Shown here: in pieces, positions 54,239-64,000 of the stretch
How the letters are laid out: each line of letters begins with the position of its first letter
Numbering within the stretch: position 1 is the first letter of the stretch
Origin: an uncultured Candidatus Rokubacteria bacterium
GTDB lineage: Bacteria; Methylomirabilota; Methylomirabilia; Rokubacteriales; CSP1-6
DNA: 64,000 bases
Reading direction: 5' to 3'
Assembly: GCA_963789955.1 (NCBI GenBank)
Contig: CAWBMV010000034.1
Coordinates: 992,001 to 1,056,000, forward strand
The notes under the pieces: model-generated
The model's database searches: none
What the model was told of the DNA's origin: nothing
The model's input: only the letters and a program-made list of their open reading frames with translations
Position numbers and translations under genes: made by a program

Positions 54239-56180
54239 TTGAAGGCAGTCTCGGACCACGACACGTTTCCCAAGCTCGTGCGCGAGAATGCGCGGCGCCT
54301 CGCCGACAAGGTCGCGATCCGCGAGAAAGATCTCGGCATCTGGCAGTCGTCCACGTGGTCCGAGTATTTCGAGCAGGCGCGCCTCATCGCGCTCGGCCTC
54401 GCCTCTCTCGGCTTCGCGCGCGGCGACCGCGTGGCGATCGTCGGCGACAACCGCCCGCAGCTCTACTGGGCGGTGATGGCGGCGCAGGCGCTCGGCGGCG
54501 TCCCCGTGCCGATCTATCAGGACTCCATCGAGCGCGAGATGGAGTACATCGTCGAGCACTCCGAGGCGCGGTTCGCGATCGTCGAGGATCAGGAGCAGGT
54601 CGACAAGCTCCTGGGTGTCCGGGCCCGCTGCCGTCACCTGCAGCACCTGGTCTACGACGATTCGCGCGGCCTGCGCGGCTACCGCGAGCCCGGGCTCATG
54701 AGCCTGGCCGAGCTGACCGAGCAGGCAAAGAAGTTCGACGCGACCCACCCCGGGCACTTCGACCTCGAGCTCGGCCGGGGCGCCGCCGACGACACCGCGA
54801 TCATCTGCTATACCTCCGGGACCACCGGCGCGCCGAAGGGCGCGATGCTCTCGCATCGGAACTTGATCGCGACCGCGCGCAACGCGGCGACGTTCGAGGG
54901 GCTACGCCAGGACGAAGAGGTGCTCTCGTATCTGCCGATGGCGTGGGTGGGCGACCACGTCTTTTCCTATGCGCAGGCGATCGTCACCGGGTTCACGATC
55001 AACTGTCCGGAGAGCGCGGCGACGGTGCTCGCCGATCTGAAAGAGATCGCCCCGACTTATTTCTTCGGGCCGCCGCGCATCTGGGAGAGCATCCTGACCG
55101 GCGTGATGGTGCGAGTCGAGGACGCCGCGCCGCTCGAAGCGCGCGCTGGTCCACTTCTTCCTGCGCCTGGCCCAGGACATCGAACGCAAGCGCCTGGGCC
55201 GTCAGCCGATCCCGCTCTGGCAGCGCCTGCTATACCCGTTGGGAAGCCTGCTCGTCTACGGGCCGCTCAAGGACAATCTCGGCTTCTCGCGCGTGCGTCG
55301 CGCCTACACCGCGGGCGAGGCGATCGGCCCGGAGATCTTCCTGTTCTTCCGCGGGCTCGGCGTCAATGTCAAGCAGCTCTACGGCATGACCGAGGCCAGT
55401 GTGTTCGTGACGATCCAGCGGGACGGCGACGTGCGGCTCGATACGGTGGGCACGCCGATCACCGACGTCGAGGTCCGGATCTCCGATGCCGGCGAGGTGC
55501 TGTTCCGCGGCCCCGGGGTGTTTCAGGGCTACGCCAAGAACCCGGAGGCCACCCAGCAAACGCTCGACGAGGGCTGGATCCACTCGGGCGACGCCGGCTT
55601 CCTCGATCGCGATGGCCATCTCGTGATCATCGATCGGGCCAAGGACGTGAGCCGCCTCGCGGACGGCACGATGTTCGCGCCCAAGTTCATCGAGAACAAG
55701 CTCAAATTCTCGCCCTACGTCCGCGAGGCGGTGTGCATCGGCCAGGCCCGCCCGTGCGTGACCGCGTTCATCAACATCGATCTGGCGGCCGTCGGCAGCT
55801 GGGCGGAGCGGCGGAACATCGCGTACACGAGCTATGGCGATCTCGCGCAGAAGCCGGAGGTGTACGAGCTGATCCGCCGAGAAGTCGAGCGCGTGAACGC
55901 GAGCCTGGCCGAGGACGACGTCTTGCGCGGGGCGCAGGTCAGGCGGTTCCTGATCCTCCACAAGGAGCTCGATCCGGACGACGAGGAGATCACGCGCACC
56001 CGCAAGGTGCGGCGCGGGTACATCGCGCAGAAGTACGCGGCGCTCATCGACGCGCTCTACTCGGGGCAGGATCGTGTGCAGGTCGAGGCGAAGGTGACCT
56101 ACGAGGACGGCCGCACCGGCACCATGCGGGCGGACGTGGTGATCCGCGACGTCGGGGCGCCCGTTCCGGTGGCGCGATGA
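54239..56180 (+). CDS. Long-chain acyl-CoA synthetase-like AMP-binding protein (frameshift near 55135)
   Basis: REKDLGIWQ, YTSGTTGAPKG, YLPMAW, QLYGMTE, SGDAG, IIDRAKD, ELDPDDEEITRTRKVRR. Confidence 0.92.
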
Positions 56181-56962
56181 ACGAAACCGGCGGGCCGCTG
56201 CTCGAGGTCGAGGGTGTGAGCGTGCGGTTCGGCGCGCTGCTCGCGGTCCACCAGGTCGGCCTGAGCGTCCGGCGGCGGGAGATCGTGGCGATCATCGGAC
56301 CCAATGGCGCCGGCAAGACCACCTTGCTCAACGCCGTGAGCGGGTTCTATCACCCATACGAGGGGCGGATCGCCTTCGAGGGCCGCGATCGCACGCGCCT
56401 GTCACCGCCGGACGTGGCCGCCCTCGGCATCGCCCGCACGTTCCAGAACGTCGCCCTGTTCAAGGGCATGAGCGTGCTCGACAACATCATGACGGGCCGG
56501 CTCCTGAAGATGCGCGGAAGCTTCCTGATGGAGGCGCTCTACTGGGGCCCGGCCAAGCGCCAGGAGCTCGAGCACCGGGCCGTCGTCGAGCGGATCATCG
56601 ACTTCCTGGAGATCCAGGCGATTCGCAAGACGCCGGCGGGTCGCCTGCCGTACGGCCTGCAGAAGCGGGTCGAGCTCGCCCGGGCGCTGGCCGCCGAGCC
56701 CAAGCTCCTGCTGCTCGACGAGCCGATGGCCGGGATGAACGTCGAGGAGAAGGAAGACATGTGCCGCTTCATCCTCGACGTCAATCAGGAGTTCGGCACG
56801 ACGATCGCCCTCATCGAGCACGACATGGGCGTGGTCATGGACATCTCCGATCGCGTGGTGGTGCTCGATTACGGCCGCAAGATCGCCGACGGCCCGCCGG
56901 CGCAGGTGCGGAGCGACCAGGCGGTGCTCGACGCGTACCTGGGTGTCGCGCATGAATCTTGA
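56177..56962 (+). CDS. ABC ATP-binding protein (LivG-like)
   Basis: GPNGAGKTT, RTFQN, LPYGLQKRVEL, DEPMAGMN. Confidence 0.92.
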   Translation: MNETGGPLLEVEGVSVRFGALLAVHQVGLSVRRREIVAIIGPNGAGKTTLLNAVSGFYHPYEGRIAFEGRDRTRLSPPDVAALGIARTFQNVALFKGMSVLDNIMTGRLLKMRGSFLMEALYWGPAKRQELEHRAVVERIIDFLEIQAIRKTPAGRLPYGLQKRVELARALAAEPKLLLLDEPMAGMNVEEKEDMCRFILDVNQEFGTTIALIEHDMGVVMDISDRVVVLDYGRKIADGPPAQVRSDQAVLDAYLGVAHES

Positions 56963-56983
56963 TCGAAGGGGGCCTCGACCGCG

Positions 56984-57922
56984 ATGCTAGAGCTCCTGTA
57001 CGCGGTGGCGGTCGCGCCGTTCAAGGACATGGCGGGAGCGCCGGCGTTCCTCGTCGAGGTGCTGATCGGCGGGATCTTCGCCGGTCTCATGTACTCGCTG
57101 GTGGCGCTCGGCTTCGTGCTGATCTTCAAGGCGTCCGGAGTCTTCAACTTCGCGCAGGGCGTGATGGTGCTGTTCGCCGCGCTCACCCTGGTCGGGCTGC
57201 TGGAGCGCGGCGCGCCCGTGATCGTCGCGCTCGTGCTGACGACCGGCGTCATGGTGGCGCTGGCGTTCGCGATCGAGCGGCTCGTGCTGCGTCCGCTCGT
57301 CAACCAGGCGCACATCATCCTGTTCATGGCGACGATCGGCCTCAACTTCTTCCTCGAGGGCTTCGGCGAGATGTTGTGGGGAGCCAACGTCAAGAAGCTC
57401 GACATCGGGATCCCCGATCGCTCGTTCATCGTCCGCGGCGTGCAGATCAACCAGCTCGAGCTGACGGCGGCGATCACCGCCGCCGTGCTGGTCACCGTGC
57501 TCGCGCTGTTCTTCCAGCGGACCCGCATCGGCCGCGCGCTCCGCGCGGTCGCCGACGACCACGAGGCGGCGCTCTCGATCGGTGTCCCGCTCAAGACGAT
57601 CTGGATCGTGGTGTGGTCGGTGGCGGGTGTCGTGGCGATGGTCGCCGGGTTGATGTGGGGCGCCAAGAGCGGCGTGCAGTTCAGCCTCTCGCTCATCGCG
57701 CTCAAGGCGCTGCCCGTGCTCATCCTGGGCGGTTTCGAGTCCGTGCCGGGCGCGATCGTCGGCGGGCTCATCATCGGCGTCGGCGAGAAGCTCGGCGAAG
57801 TCTACTGGGGGCCCCTCGTGGGCGGCGCCATCGAGAACTGGTTCGCCTACGTGCTCGCCCTGGGCTTCTTGCTGGCGCGGCCGCAAGGATTGTTCGGCGA
57901 AAAGATCATCGAGCGCGTATGA
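56984..57922 (+). CDS. ABC permease (LivH-like)
   Basis: GLMYSLVALGFVLIFKASGVFNFAQG, GRALRAVADD, RPQGLFG. Confidence 0.93.
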   Translation: MLELLYAVAVAPFKDMAGAPAFLVEVLIGGIFAGLMYSLVALGFVLIFKASGVFNFAQGVMVLFAALTLVGLLERGAPVIVALVLTTGVMVALAFAIERLVLRPLVNQAHIILFMATIGLNFFLEGFGEMLWGANVKKLDIGIPDRSFIVRGVQINQLELTAAITAAVLVTVLALFFQRTRIGRALRAVADDHEAALSIGVPLKTIWIVVWSVAGVVAMVAGLMWGAKSGVQFSLSLIALKALPVLILGGFESVPGAIVGGLIIGVGEKLGEVYWGPLVGGAIENWFAYVLALGFLLARPQGLFGEKIIERV

Positions 57923-57948
57923 CACTCGTACTCGCTTTCCTGCTGGTT

Positions 57949-58047
57949 CAGCGCGTGACGCCCCGGAGGGCGGGTGGGGTGTTGAGGTCAATCCTGACAA
58001 CACGGGTCGCCAGGGGCACCCCCACGCCCGCCCTCCGGGGCGCGCTG
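57949..58047. repeat. Inverted-repeat element related to 20468-20640
   Basis: CGCCCCGGAGGGCGGG (57959-57974) pairs with CCCGCCCTCCGGGGCG (58027-58042), extended by CAGCGCG/CGCGCTG; shares CCCACGCCCGC and CCCTCCG with the first element. Confidence 0.75.
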
Positions 58048-58114
58048 GCGGTGATTCAGGCATGACAAGCGGGTTTTCAGGCGTCAGCGATGATTCACAC
58101 GGGGTGAGTCGGTC

Positions 58115-59191
58115 GTGATCTACAGGGAGGCGGGGCAGTTCAAGACCACGTATGGCGCCGATCAGGCCGTCTTCCCGATTCTGCAGGATCGCATCGTCGT
58201 CGCGGTGGCCGTGGTGGCCGCGTTCGTGGTGCCACCGCTCGTCGCGAGCGAGTACTGGCTGCAGGCGGTGCTGATCCCGTTCCTCGTCTACGCACTGGCC
58301 GCCATCGGGCTCAATCTCCTGACGGGCTACGCCGGGCAGCTCTCGCTCGGCACCGGCGGCTTCATGGCCGTCGGCGCCTACTCGGCGTTCAAGCTCGCGA
58401 CCGCGTTCCCGCACCTCAACATTATCGTCGTCTTCCTGCTCTCGGGCGTGGTCGCCGCGGGCGTCGGGCTCTTCTTCGGTATCCCCAGTCTCCGGATCAA
58501 GGGCTTCTACCTGGCGGTCGCCACCCTGGCCTCGCAGTTTTTCCTGATCTGGCTCTTCAACAAGGTCGCGTGGTTCACCAACTACGCTTCATCGGGCACC
58601 ATCACCGCGCCGGACCGGACCGTCTTCGGCGTCGTCGTGACCGGCCCGAACTCGGCGGCGTCGGCGCGATACCTCATGGCGCTCGGGCTGGTCGCGGTGT
58701 TCGCGGTCGTCGCCAAGAACCTGGTGCGGGGACGCGTCGGCCGCTCGTGGATGGCCATCCGCGACCGCGACATCGCCGCCGAGATCATCGGCGTGCGGCC
58801 GCTGCGCACGAAGCTCCTCGCCTTCGCCATCAGCTCGTTCTATTGCGGCGTGGCCGGCGCCGGGCTCGTATTCCTCTATCTCGGGACCGCCGAGACCCTG
58901 GCCTTCGACATCAGCATCTCGTTCCTGGTGCTCTTCATGGTGATCATCGGCGGTCTCGGCAGCATCCTGGGCTCGTTCCTCGGCGCGGCGTTCATCGTCC
59001 TGGTCCCGATCGTCCTCAGCAACGCGCCTCACGCCGTCGGGCTCCAGCTTCCAGTGGCGCTCCAGAAACAGATCGAGCTGATGGTGTTCGGCGGACTGAT
59101 CATCCTCTTCCTGATCGTCGAGCCGCGCGGACTGGCGCGGCTGTGGCAGATCTCGAAAGAGAAGCTGCGACTCTGGCCGTTTCCCCACTGA
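58115..59191 (+). CDS. ABC permease (LivM-like)
   Basis: YREAGQFKTTY, GLNLLTGYAGQLSLG, GRSWMAIRD, KEKLRLWPFPH. Confidence 0.93.
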   Translation: MIYREAGQFKTTYGADQAVFPILQDRIVVAVAVVAAFVVPPLVASEYWLQAVLIPFLVYALAAIGLNLLTGYAGQLSLGTGGFMAVGAYSAFKLATAFPHLNIIVVFLLSGVVAAGVGLFFGIPSLRIKGFYLAVATLASQFFLIWLFNKVAWFTNYASSGTITAPDRTVFGVVVTGPNSAASARYLMALGLVAVFAVVAKNLVRGRVGRSWMAIRDRDIAAEIIGVRPLRTKLLAFAISSFYCGVAGAGLVFLYLGTAETLAFDISISFLVLFMVIIGGLGSILGSFLGAAFIVLVPIVLSNAPHAVGLQLPVALQKQIELMVFGGLIILFLIVEPRGLARLWQISKEKLRLWPFPH

Positions 59192-59213
59192 ACGTGGTCG
59201 AAAGGAGAATGTC

Positions 59214-60527
59214 ATGAGGATACGAGGGTTCTGGATCGCGCTGCTGACCGCGCTGGTGATCTCGACGCCGCTGCTGGCCGCGGCCCAATCGAAGGAGATC
59301 TTCATCCCGCTCCTGGTCTATCGGACGGGCCCGTACGCGCCGAGTGGCGTCCCGATCGCCGACGGCTTCGTCGACTACTTCAGGCTCCTGAACGAGCGCG
59401 ACGGCGGTATCAACGGCGTCAAGATCGCATGGGAGGAATGCGAGACGCAGTACGACACCAAACAGGGAGTCGAGTGCTACGAGCGGCTGAAGGGCAAGAG
59501 CCCGGTGCTCGTGAATCCGTACAGCACCGCGATCACCTATTCGCTGATCCCCAAGGCACCGGTCGACAAGATCGTGGTGTTCTCGATGGGCTACGGCATG
59601 AGCGCCGCCTCCGACGGACGGTGGTTCCCCTGGGTGTTCAACTTTCCGACCAACTACTGGAGCCAGGCTTCGGCCGTCATCCGCTACATCGGCCAGCAGG
59701 AGGGCGGGCTCGAGAAGCTGAAGGGCAAGAAGATCGCCCACATCTTCCACAACAGTGCCTACGGCAAGGAGGCCAACCCGACCCTCGAGGAGCTCTCCAA
59801 GAAGTACCAGTTCGAGCTCTCGCTGCTGGCGGTCGACCACCCGGGCCAGGAGCAGAAGGCGACGTGGCTCCAGGTGCGACGGCTGAATCCGGACTGGATC
59901 TTCATGTCCGGCTGGGGCGTCATGAACCAGGTCGCCGTCAAGGAGGCCGCGTCGGTCGGCTTCAAGATGGACCATTTCATCGGTAACTGGTGGTCGGCGA
60001 ACGACTCGGACGTCGTCCCGGCCGGCGAGGGCGCCAACGGCTACAAGGGCGCCACGTTCCACGCCCCGGGCACCAACTTCAAGGTGCACGCGGACCTCCT
60101 CAAGTTCGTGTACGACAAGGGCAAGGGCTCCGGCAAGAAGGAAGACATGGGCGCCCCGCTCTACAACCGCGGGCTCGTCAACGCGATGTTGTCGGCCGAG
60201 GCCATTCGCACCGCGATGGCGAAGTACGGCAACAGGTCGCTCACCAGCGAGCAGGTGCGGTGGGGCTTCGAAAATCTCAACCTGACCGAGCAGCGGCTCG
60301 AGCAGGTCGGCATGAAGAGCTTCACGCACCCCATCAAGGTCAGCTGTGAGGACCACGAGGGGAGTGGCCCCATCCTGATCCAGCAATGGAATGGCAAGAA
60401 GTGGAACGTCGTCTCCGACTGGATCGCGCCGATGCGCGACGTGGTCCGGCCGAAGATCGAGGCGGCGGCCATCGAGGAGTCGAAGAAGCTCGGCTACACG
60501 ATGCGCGACTGCGCGAAGGAGAAGTAG
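59214..60527 (+). CDS. ABC substrate-binding protein (Liv family)
   Basis: Signal peptide; YRTGPYAP, NERDGGINGVK, ECETQY, C.DHEG. Confidence 0.92.
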   Translation: MRIRGFWIALLTALVISTPLLAAAQSKEIFIPLLVYRTGPYAPSGVPIADGFVDYFRLLNERDGGINGVKIAWEECETQYDTKQGVECYERLKGKSPVLVNPYSTAITYSLIPKAPVDKIVVFSMGYGMSAASDGRWFPWVFNFPTNYWSQASAVIRYIGQQEGGLEKLKGKKIAHIFHNSAYGKEANPTLEELSKKYQFELSLLAVDHPGQEQKATWLQVRRLNPDWIFMSGWGVMNQVAVKEAASVGFKMDHFIGNWWSANDSDVVPAGEGANGYKGATFHAPGTNFKVHADLLKFVYDKGKGSGKKEDMGAPLYNRGLVNAMLSAEAIRTAMAKYGNRSLTSEQVRWGFENLNLTEQRLEQVGMKSFTHPIKVSCEDHEGSGPILIQQWNGKKWNVVSDWIAPMRDVVRPKIEAAAIEESKKLGYTMRDCAKEK

Positions 60528-60536
60528 AGGCGCGCG

Positions 60537-61355
60537 GTGGCGAGCGAGACGCCGCGGCCGCTCCTGGCGGTGAGCAACATCGAGGTCATCTACGATCACG
60601 TGATCCTCGTGTTGAAGGGCGTGTCGCTCGCGGTCGCCGAGGGGGGCATCGTCGCCCTCCTCGGCGCCAACGGCGCGGGCAAGTCCACGACGCTCAAGGC
60701 CATCTCGGGACTTCTGCGCACGGAGCGCGGTGAGGTGACAAAGGGCACGATCGAGCTCGCGGGCAAGGCGATCCACCGGCAGGACCCGTCCGAGGTCGTG
60801 AAGCACGGCGTCGTGCAAATCATGGAAGGGCGGCACGTGTTCGAGCACCTGACGGTCGAGGACAATCTTTTGACCGGCGCCTATACGCGGCGCAACGGCC
60901 AGTCCACGCGCGGCGATCTCGAGCGCGTCTACCACTATTTCCCGCGGCTGACCGAGCGCCGCCTGTTCAAGGCGGGTTACGTCTCGGGCGGCGAGCAGCA
61001 GATGGTCGCCATCGGCCGCGCGTTGATGGCGCGACCGACGTTGATGCTCCTGGACGAGCCGTCGATGGGCCTCGCGCCGAAGCTCGTGACCGAAATCTAT
61101 GAGATTGTTACGCGGCTCAACCGCGAGGAGCGGGTCGCGGTGCTGTTGGCCGAGCAAAACGCGACCATGGCATTACAGGTTGCTCAACATGGCTATGTCA
61201 TGGAGAATGGCCGGATCGTACTGGACGGGGATGCCCGGACGATCAGCCAGAACGAGGACATCAAGGAGTTCTATCTGGGCCTGACGGGTGTTGGCCAGAG
61301 GAAGAGTTATCGGGACGTGAAGCACTACCGACGACGAAAGCGGTGGCTGTCATGA
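60537..61355 (+). CDS. ABC ATP-binding protein (LivF-like)
   Basis: GANGAGKST, SGGEQQM, DEPSMGLAP, KEFYLG. Confidence 0.93.
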   Translation: MASETPRPLLAVSNIEVIYDHVILVLKGVSLAVAEGGIVALLGANGAGKSTTLKAISGLLRTERGEVTKGTIELAGKAIHRQDPSEVVKHGVVQIMEGRHVFEHLTVEDNLLTGAYTRRNGQSTRGDLERVYHYFPRLTERRLFKAGYVSGGEQQMVAIGRALMARPTLMLLDEPSMGLAPKLVTEIYEIVTRLNREERVAVLLAEQNATMALQVAQHGYVMENGRIVLDGDARTISQNEDIKEFYLGLTGVGQRKSYRDVKHYRRRKRWLS

Positions 61356-62146
61356 GCGCGCTTCTGGAGATCCGCGAAGCGTCCAAGGCGTTCGGCGGCG
61401 TCCAGGCCGTCAGCCGCGTCTCCCTCGAAGCCCAGAAGGGCGAGATTCTCTCGGTCATCGGGCCCAACGGCGCCGGCAAGACCACGGTCCTTAACATGAT
61501 CAGCGGCTTCTACCATCCCGACACCGGCCGGATCGTCCTCGAGGGGCGTGACGTGACCGAGTTGGCGCCGAGCAAGATCGCCGAGCTCGGCATCGCTCGA
61601 ACCTTCCAGAATATCGCGCTGTTCCGGGGCATGACCGTCCTCGACAACCTGCTTCTCGGCCGCCACGTCCACATGAAGACCGGGGTACTAGGAGCCTTCG
61701 CCTACTGGGGATTCGCCCAGAAGGAAGAGGTCGCCCACCGGCGGCGCGTCGAGGACATCATCGACTTCTTGCGAATCCAGGACTTGCGCCGCCGGCCGAC
61801 CGGCTCGCTGGCCTATGGTCTCCAGAAGCGCGTCGAGCTCGGCCGCGCGCTGGCGCTCGACCCGAAGATCCTGCTGCTCGACGAGCCGATGGGCGGATGC
61901 AATCACGAGGAGAAGGAGGACATGGCGCGCTTCATCCTCGACGTGAACGAGGAGTGGGGGGTCACCGTGATCCTGATCGAGCACGACATGGGCGTGGTCA
62001 TGGACATCTCCGACCGCGTCGCGGTGCTGGACATGGGCCAGAAGATCGCCGACGGCACGCCCGACGAGGTTCGGGCCAACCCGCGCGTCATCAAGGCGTA
62101 CCTCGGAGAGACCAAAGCCGACGCCCCGGGAGGTTCCCGTGGTTGA
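61352..62146 (+). CDS. ABC ATP-binding protein (second LivG-like paralog)
   Basis: GPNGAGKTT, RTFQN, YGLQKRVEL, EHDMGVVMDISDRV. Confidence 0.92.
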   Translation: MSALLEIREASKAFGGVQAVSRVSLEAQKGEILSVIGPNGAGKTTVLNMISGFYHPDTGRIVLEGRDVTELAPSKIAELGIARTFQNIALFRGMTVLDNLLLGRHVHMKTGVLGAFAYWGFAQKEEVAHRRRVEDIIDFLRIQDLRRRPTGSLAYGLQKRVELGRALALDPKILLLDEPMGGCNHEEKEDMARFILDVNEEWGVTVILIEHDMGVVMDISDRVAVLDMGQKIADGTPDEVRANPRVIKAYLGETKADAPGGSRG

Positions 62147-64000
62147 AACCACGCTCGCCCGCCTGCTGCAGCGCAACGCACGTGACCTCCACGACAAGCC
62201 GGCGATCCGCGAGAAGGATCGCGGGATCTGGCAGACCTGGACGTGGCGTCAGTACCACGACGAGGTCCGTGATTTCGCCCTCGGCCTGGCCGCGCTCGGC
62301 TTCAAGCGCGGCGAACGGCTCTCGGTCATCGGCGACAACCGTCCGCGACTCTATTGGGCACAGGTCGCCGCGCAGACGCTCGGTGGAGTGCCGGTGCCGG
62401 TTTACCAAGACTCGATCGCGAAGGAGCTCGCGTTCGTCTGGAACCACGCCGAGTGCGCGGTGATCGTGGCCGAGGACCAGGAGCAGGTCGACAAGGTGCT
62501 CAGCCTCCGGGCCGAGCTCCCGGCGCTGCGTCTCGTCGTGTACGACGACGCGCGCGGAATGCTCCATTACAAGCACGACTGGCTCCGCTCCTATCAATCC
62601 GTCCAGGAGCTCGGGCGCGAGTTCGCCGCCAAGAACCCCGGCTATTTCGAAGTCGAGGTGGACAAGGGCAAGTCCGAGGACGTCGCCATCATCTGCTACA
62701 CGTCTGGCACCACCGGCAACCCGAAGGGCGTCATGCTGACGCACGCGAACGCCATCGCCATCGCGGACGCGTTCCGCAAGGCCGACGACGTCCGCCCCGA
62801 GGACGACGCGCTCGCGTACCTGCCGATGGCGTGGGCGGGCGACGCTGCCTACACCCTGTTCCTCAGCCTCGTGGTGGGCTTCTGCTCCAACTGCCCGGAG
62901 AGCCCGGAGACGGTCCAGCGTGACTTGCGCGAGCTGGGGCCGACGACCGTGCTGGCGCCGCCCCGCATCTGGGAAAACATGTTGACGAGCATCCAGGTGA
63001 AGGCCGCCGACGCGCCCGCGCTCAAACGGTGGGTCTTCGAGACCTTCCGGTCGGCCGCCGAGCGGGCGGAGATCCTTCGCGCCGACGCCAAGCCGATTCC
63101 GCTCGCCCTGCGCCTGGCGTGCATGCTCGGCAACGTGCTCGTGTACACGCCGATCCGCGATCAGCTCGGCCTGCGGCGCGCCAAGTGGGCGCTGACGGGT
63201 GGGGCACCACTCGGACCGGACACGTTCCGCTTCTTCCGGTCGATCGGCGTCAACCTCAAGCAGGTCTACGGCTCGACGGAGACGACGGGCCTGGTGTCGC
63301 TGCAGCCGAGCGACGAGGCCAACCCGACGACCGCCGGCCGGCCGTGTCCAGGCATCGAGGTCAAGATCGCCGAGCGCGGCGAGGTGCTGGTCCGCGGCCC
63401 TGTCGTCTTCAAGGGTTACCTGAAGAACGACGAGGCCACGCGCGAGGTCATCGATTCCGACGGCTGGTTCCGGACGGGGGACGCGGGGTTCGTGGACCCG
63501 CGCGGCCACCTCGTCATCATCGATCGGGCCAAGGACGTCGGCGCCCTCCACGACGGCACGCCCTTCGCGCCGCAGTTCATCGAGAACAAGCTGAAGTTCA
63601 GCCCGTTCATCCGCGAGGCGGTGGCCTTCGGCAACGACCGCGCATTCGTCACCGCGATGATCGCGATCGATCTGAACACCGTCGGGAACTGGGCCGAGCG
63701 CCGCGGGATCGCCTACACGAGCTACGCGGACCTCAGCCAGAAGCCCGAGGTGTCCGACCTGATCCGCGAGGAGATCGGCAAGGGCAATGAGACGCTGCCG
63801 GAGTCGACGCGGATCCGCCGATTCCTGCTCCTCACCAAGGACCTCGAGGCCGACGACGCCGAGATGACGCGCACGCGAAAGGTACGCCGACGTTTCGTGG
63901 CCGAGAAGTACGCCCCGGTCATCGACGCTTTCTACTCGGGCGGTCACGCGGTCGAGTTGGAGGCGACCATCACGTACGAGGACGGCCGTCAGGCCGTCAT
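62139..64000 (+). CDS. Second long-chain acyl-CoA synthetase-like AMP-binding protein (runs off the window end)
   Basis: Not in the ORF track because there is no stop in the window. Read from GTG 62139: REKDRGIWQTWTW, YTSGTTGNPKG, YLPMAW, QVYGSTE, TGDAG, TRTRKVRR. Confidence 0.92.
   Translation, partial: MVETTLARLLQRNARDLHDKPAIREKDRGIWQTWTWRQYHDEVRDFALGLAALGFKRGERLSVIGDNRPRLYWAQVAAQTLGGVPVPVYQDSIAKELAFVWNHAECAVIVAEDQEQVDKVLSLRAELPALRLVVYDDARGMLHYKHDWLRSYQSVQELGREFAAKNPGYFEVEVDKGKSEDVAIICYTSGTTGNPKGVMLTHANAIAIADAFRKADDVRPEDDALAYLPMAWAGDAAYTLFLSLVVGFCSNCPESPETVQRDLRELGPTTVLAPPRIWENMLTSIQVKAADAPALKRWVFETFRSAAERAEILRADAKPIPLALRLACMLGNVLVYTPIRDQLGLRRAKWALTGGAPLGPDTFRFFRSIGVNLKQVYGSTETTGLVSLQPSDEANPTTAGRPCPGIEVKIAERGEVLVRGPVVFKGYLKNDEATREVIDSDGWFRTGDAGFVDPRGHLVIIDRAKDVGALHDGTPFAPQFIENKLKFSPFIREAVAFGNDRAFVTAMIAIDLNTVGNWAERRGIAYTSYADLSQKPEVSDLIREEIGKGNETLPESTRIRRFLLLTKDLEADDAEMTRTRKVRRRFVAEKYAPVIDAFYSGGHAVELEATITYEDGRQAV

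Noticed and set aside
54239..56962. Apparent acyl-CoA ligase-ABC ATPase fusion (907 aa)
   Set aside because: The middle third is out-of-frame nonsense; the real ligase C-terminus is ORF 55239..56180 and the ATPase starts at 56177.

Overview
High-GC bacterial chromosomal segment, almost all on the + strand, with a - strand block at about 44.3-51.6 kb. The gene content and style suggest Candidatus Rokubacteria/Methylomirabilota, but that is inference only. Many single-base indels split otherwise intact genes, most likely from unpolished long-read sequence. Contents: (1) 1-23947, a large catabolic operon with acyl-CoA dehydrogenases, MaoC hydratase, FabG-type reductase, SCP2-type thiolase plus DUF35, 3-hydroxyacyl-CoA dehydrogenase, a two-subunit B12 mutase with an unusual active site, a lone xanthine-dehydrogenase-family Mo subunit, two class III CoA-transferases, an opine dehydrogenase, a V4R protein, a PaaK-like ligase and two Liv-type ABC transporters. 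(2) 23977-31146, an iron-uptake operon (hemP-exbB-exbD-tonB-TPR-PepSY-TonB receptor-ybiX) behind a DtxR/IdeR-like palindrome, followed by a DUF3016-like relic and an orphan trpD. (3) 33235-43915, GntR-etfBA-ACAD-icmA-ilvE-HIT-icmB-ACAD plus a NitT/TauT ABC transporter (branched-chain amino acid/isobutyrate catabolism). (4) A - strand block with Dpp-type ABC genes, exported proteins, an unknown membrane protein and its internally deleted paralog, and an orphan NitT/TauT binding protein. (5) A crotonase plus a BadI/MenB-like gene, an internally deleted NCS2 permease, and an acyl-CoA ligase/Liv ABC cluster. Two related long inverted-repeat elements lie inside ABC operons. No rRNA, tRNA, CRISPR array or transposase was seen. 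The best candidate for an undescribed system is the B12-mutase/Mo-enzyme/opine-dehydrogenase operon, which may rearrange and beta-oxidise a bulky substituted succinate or malonate.
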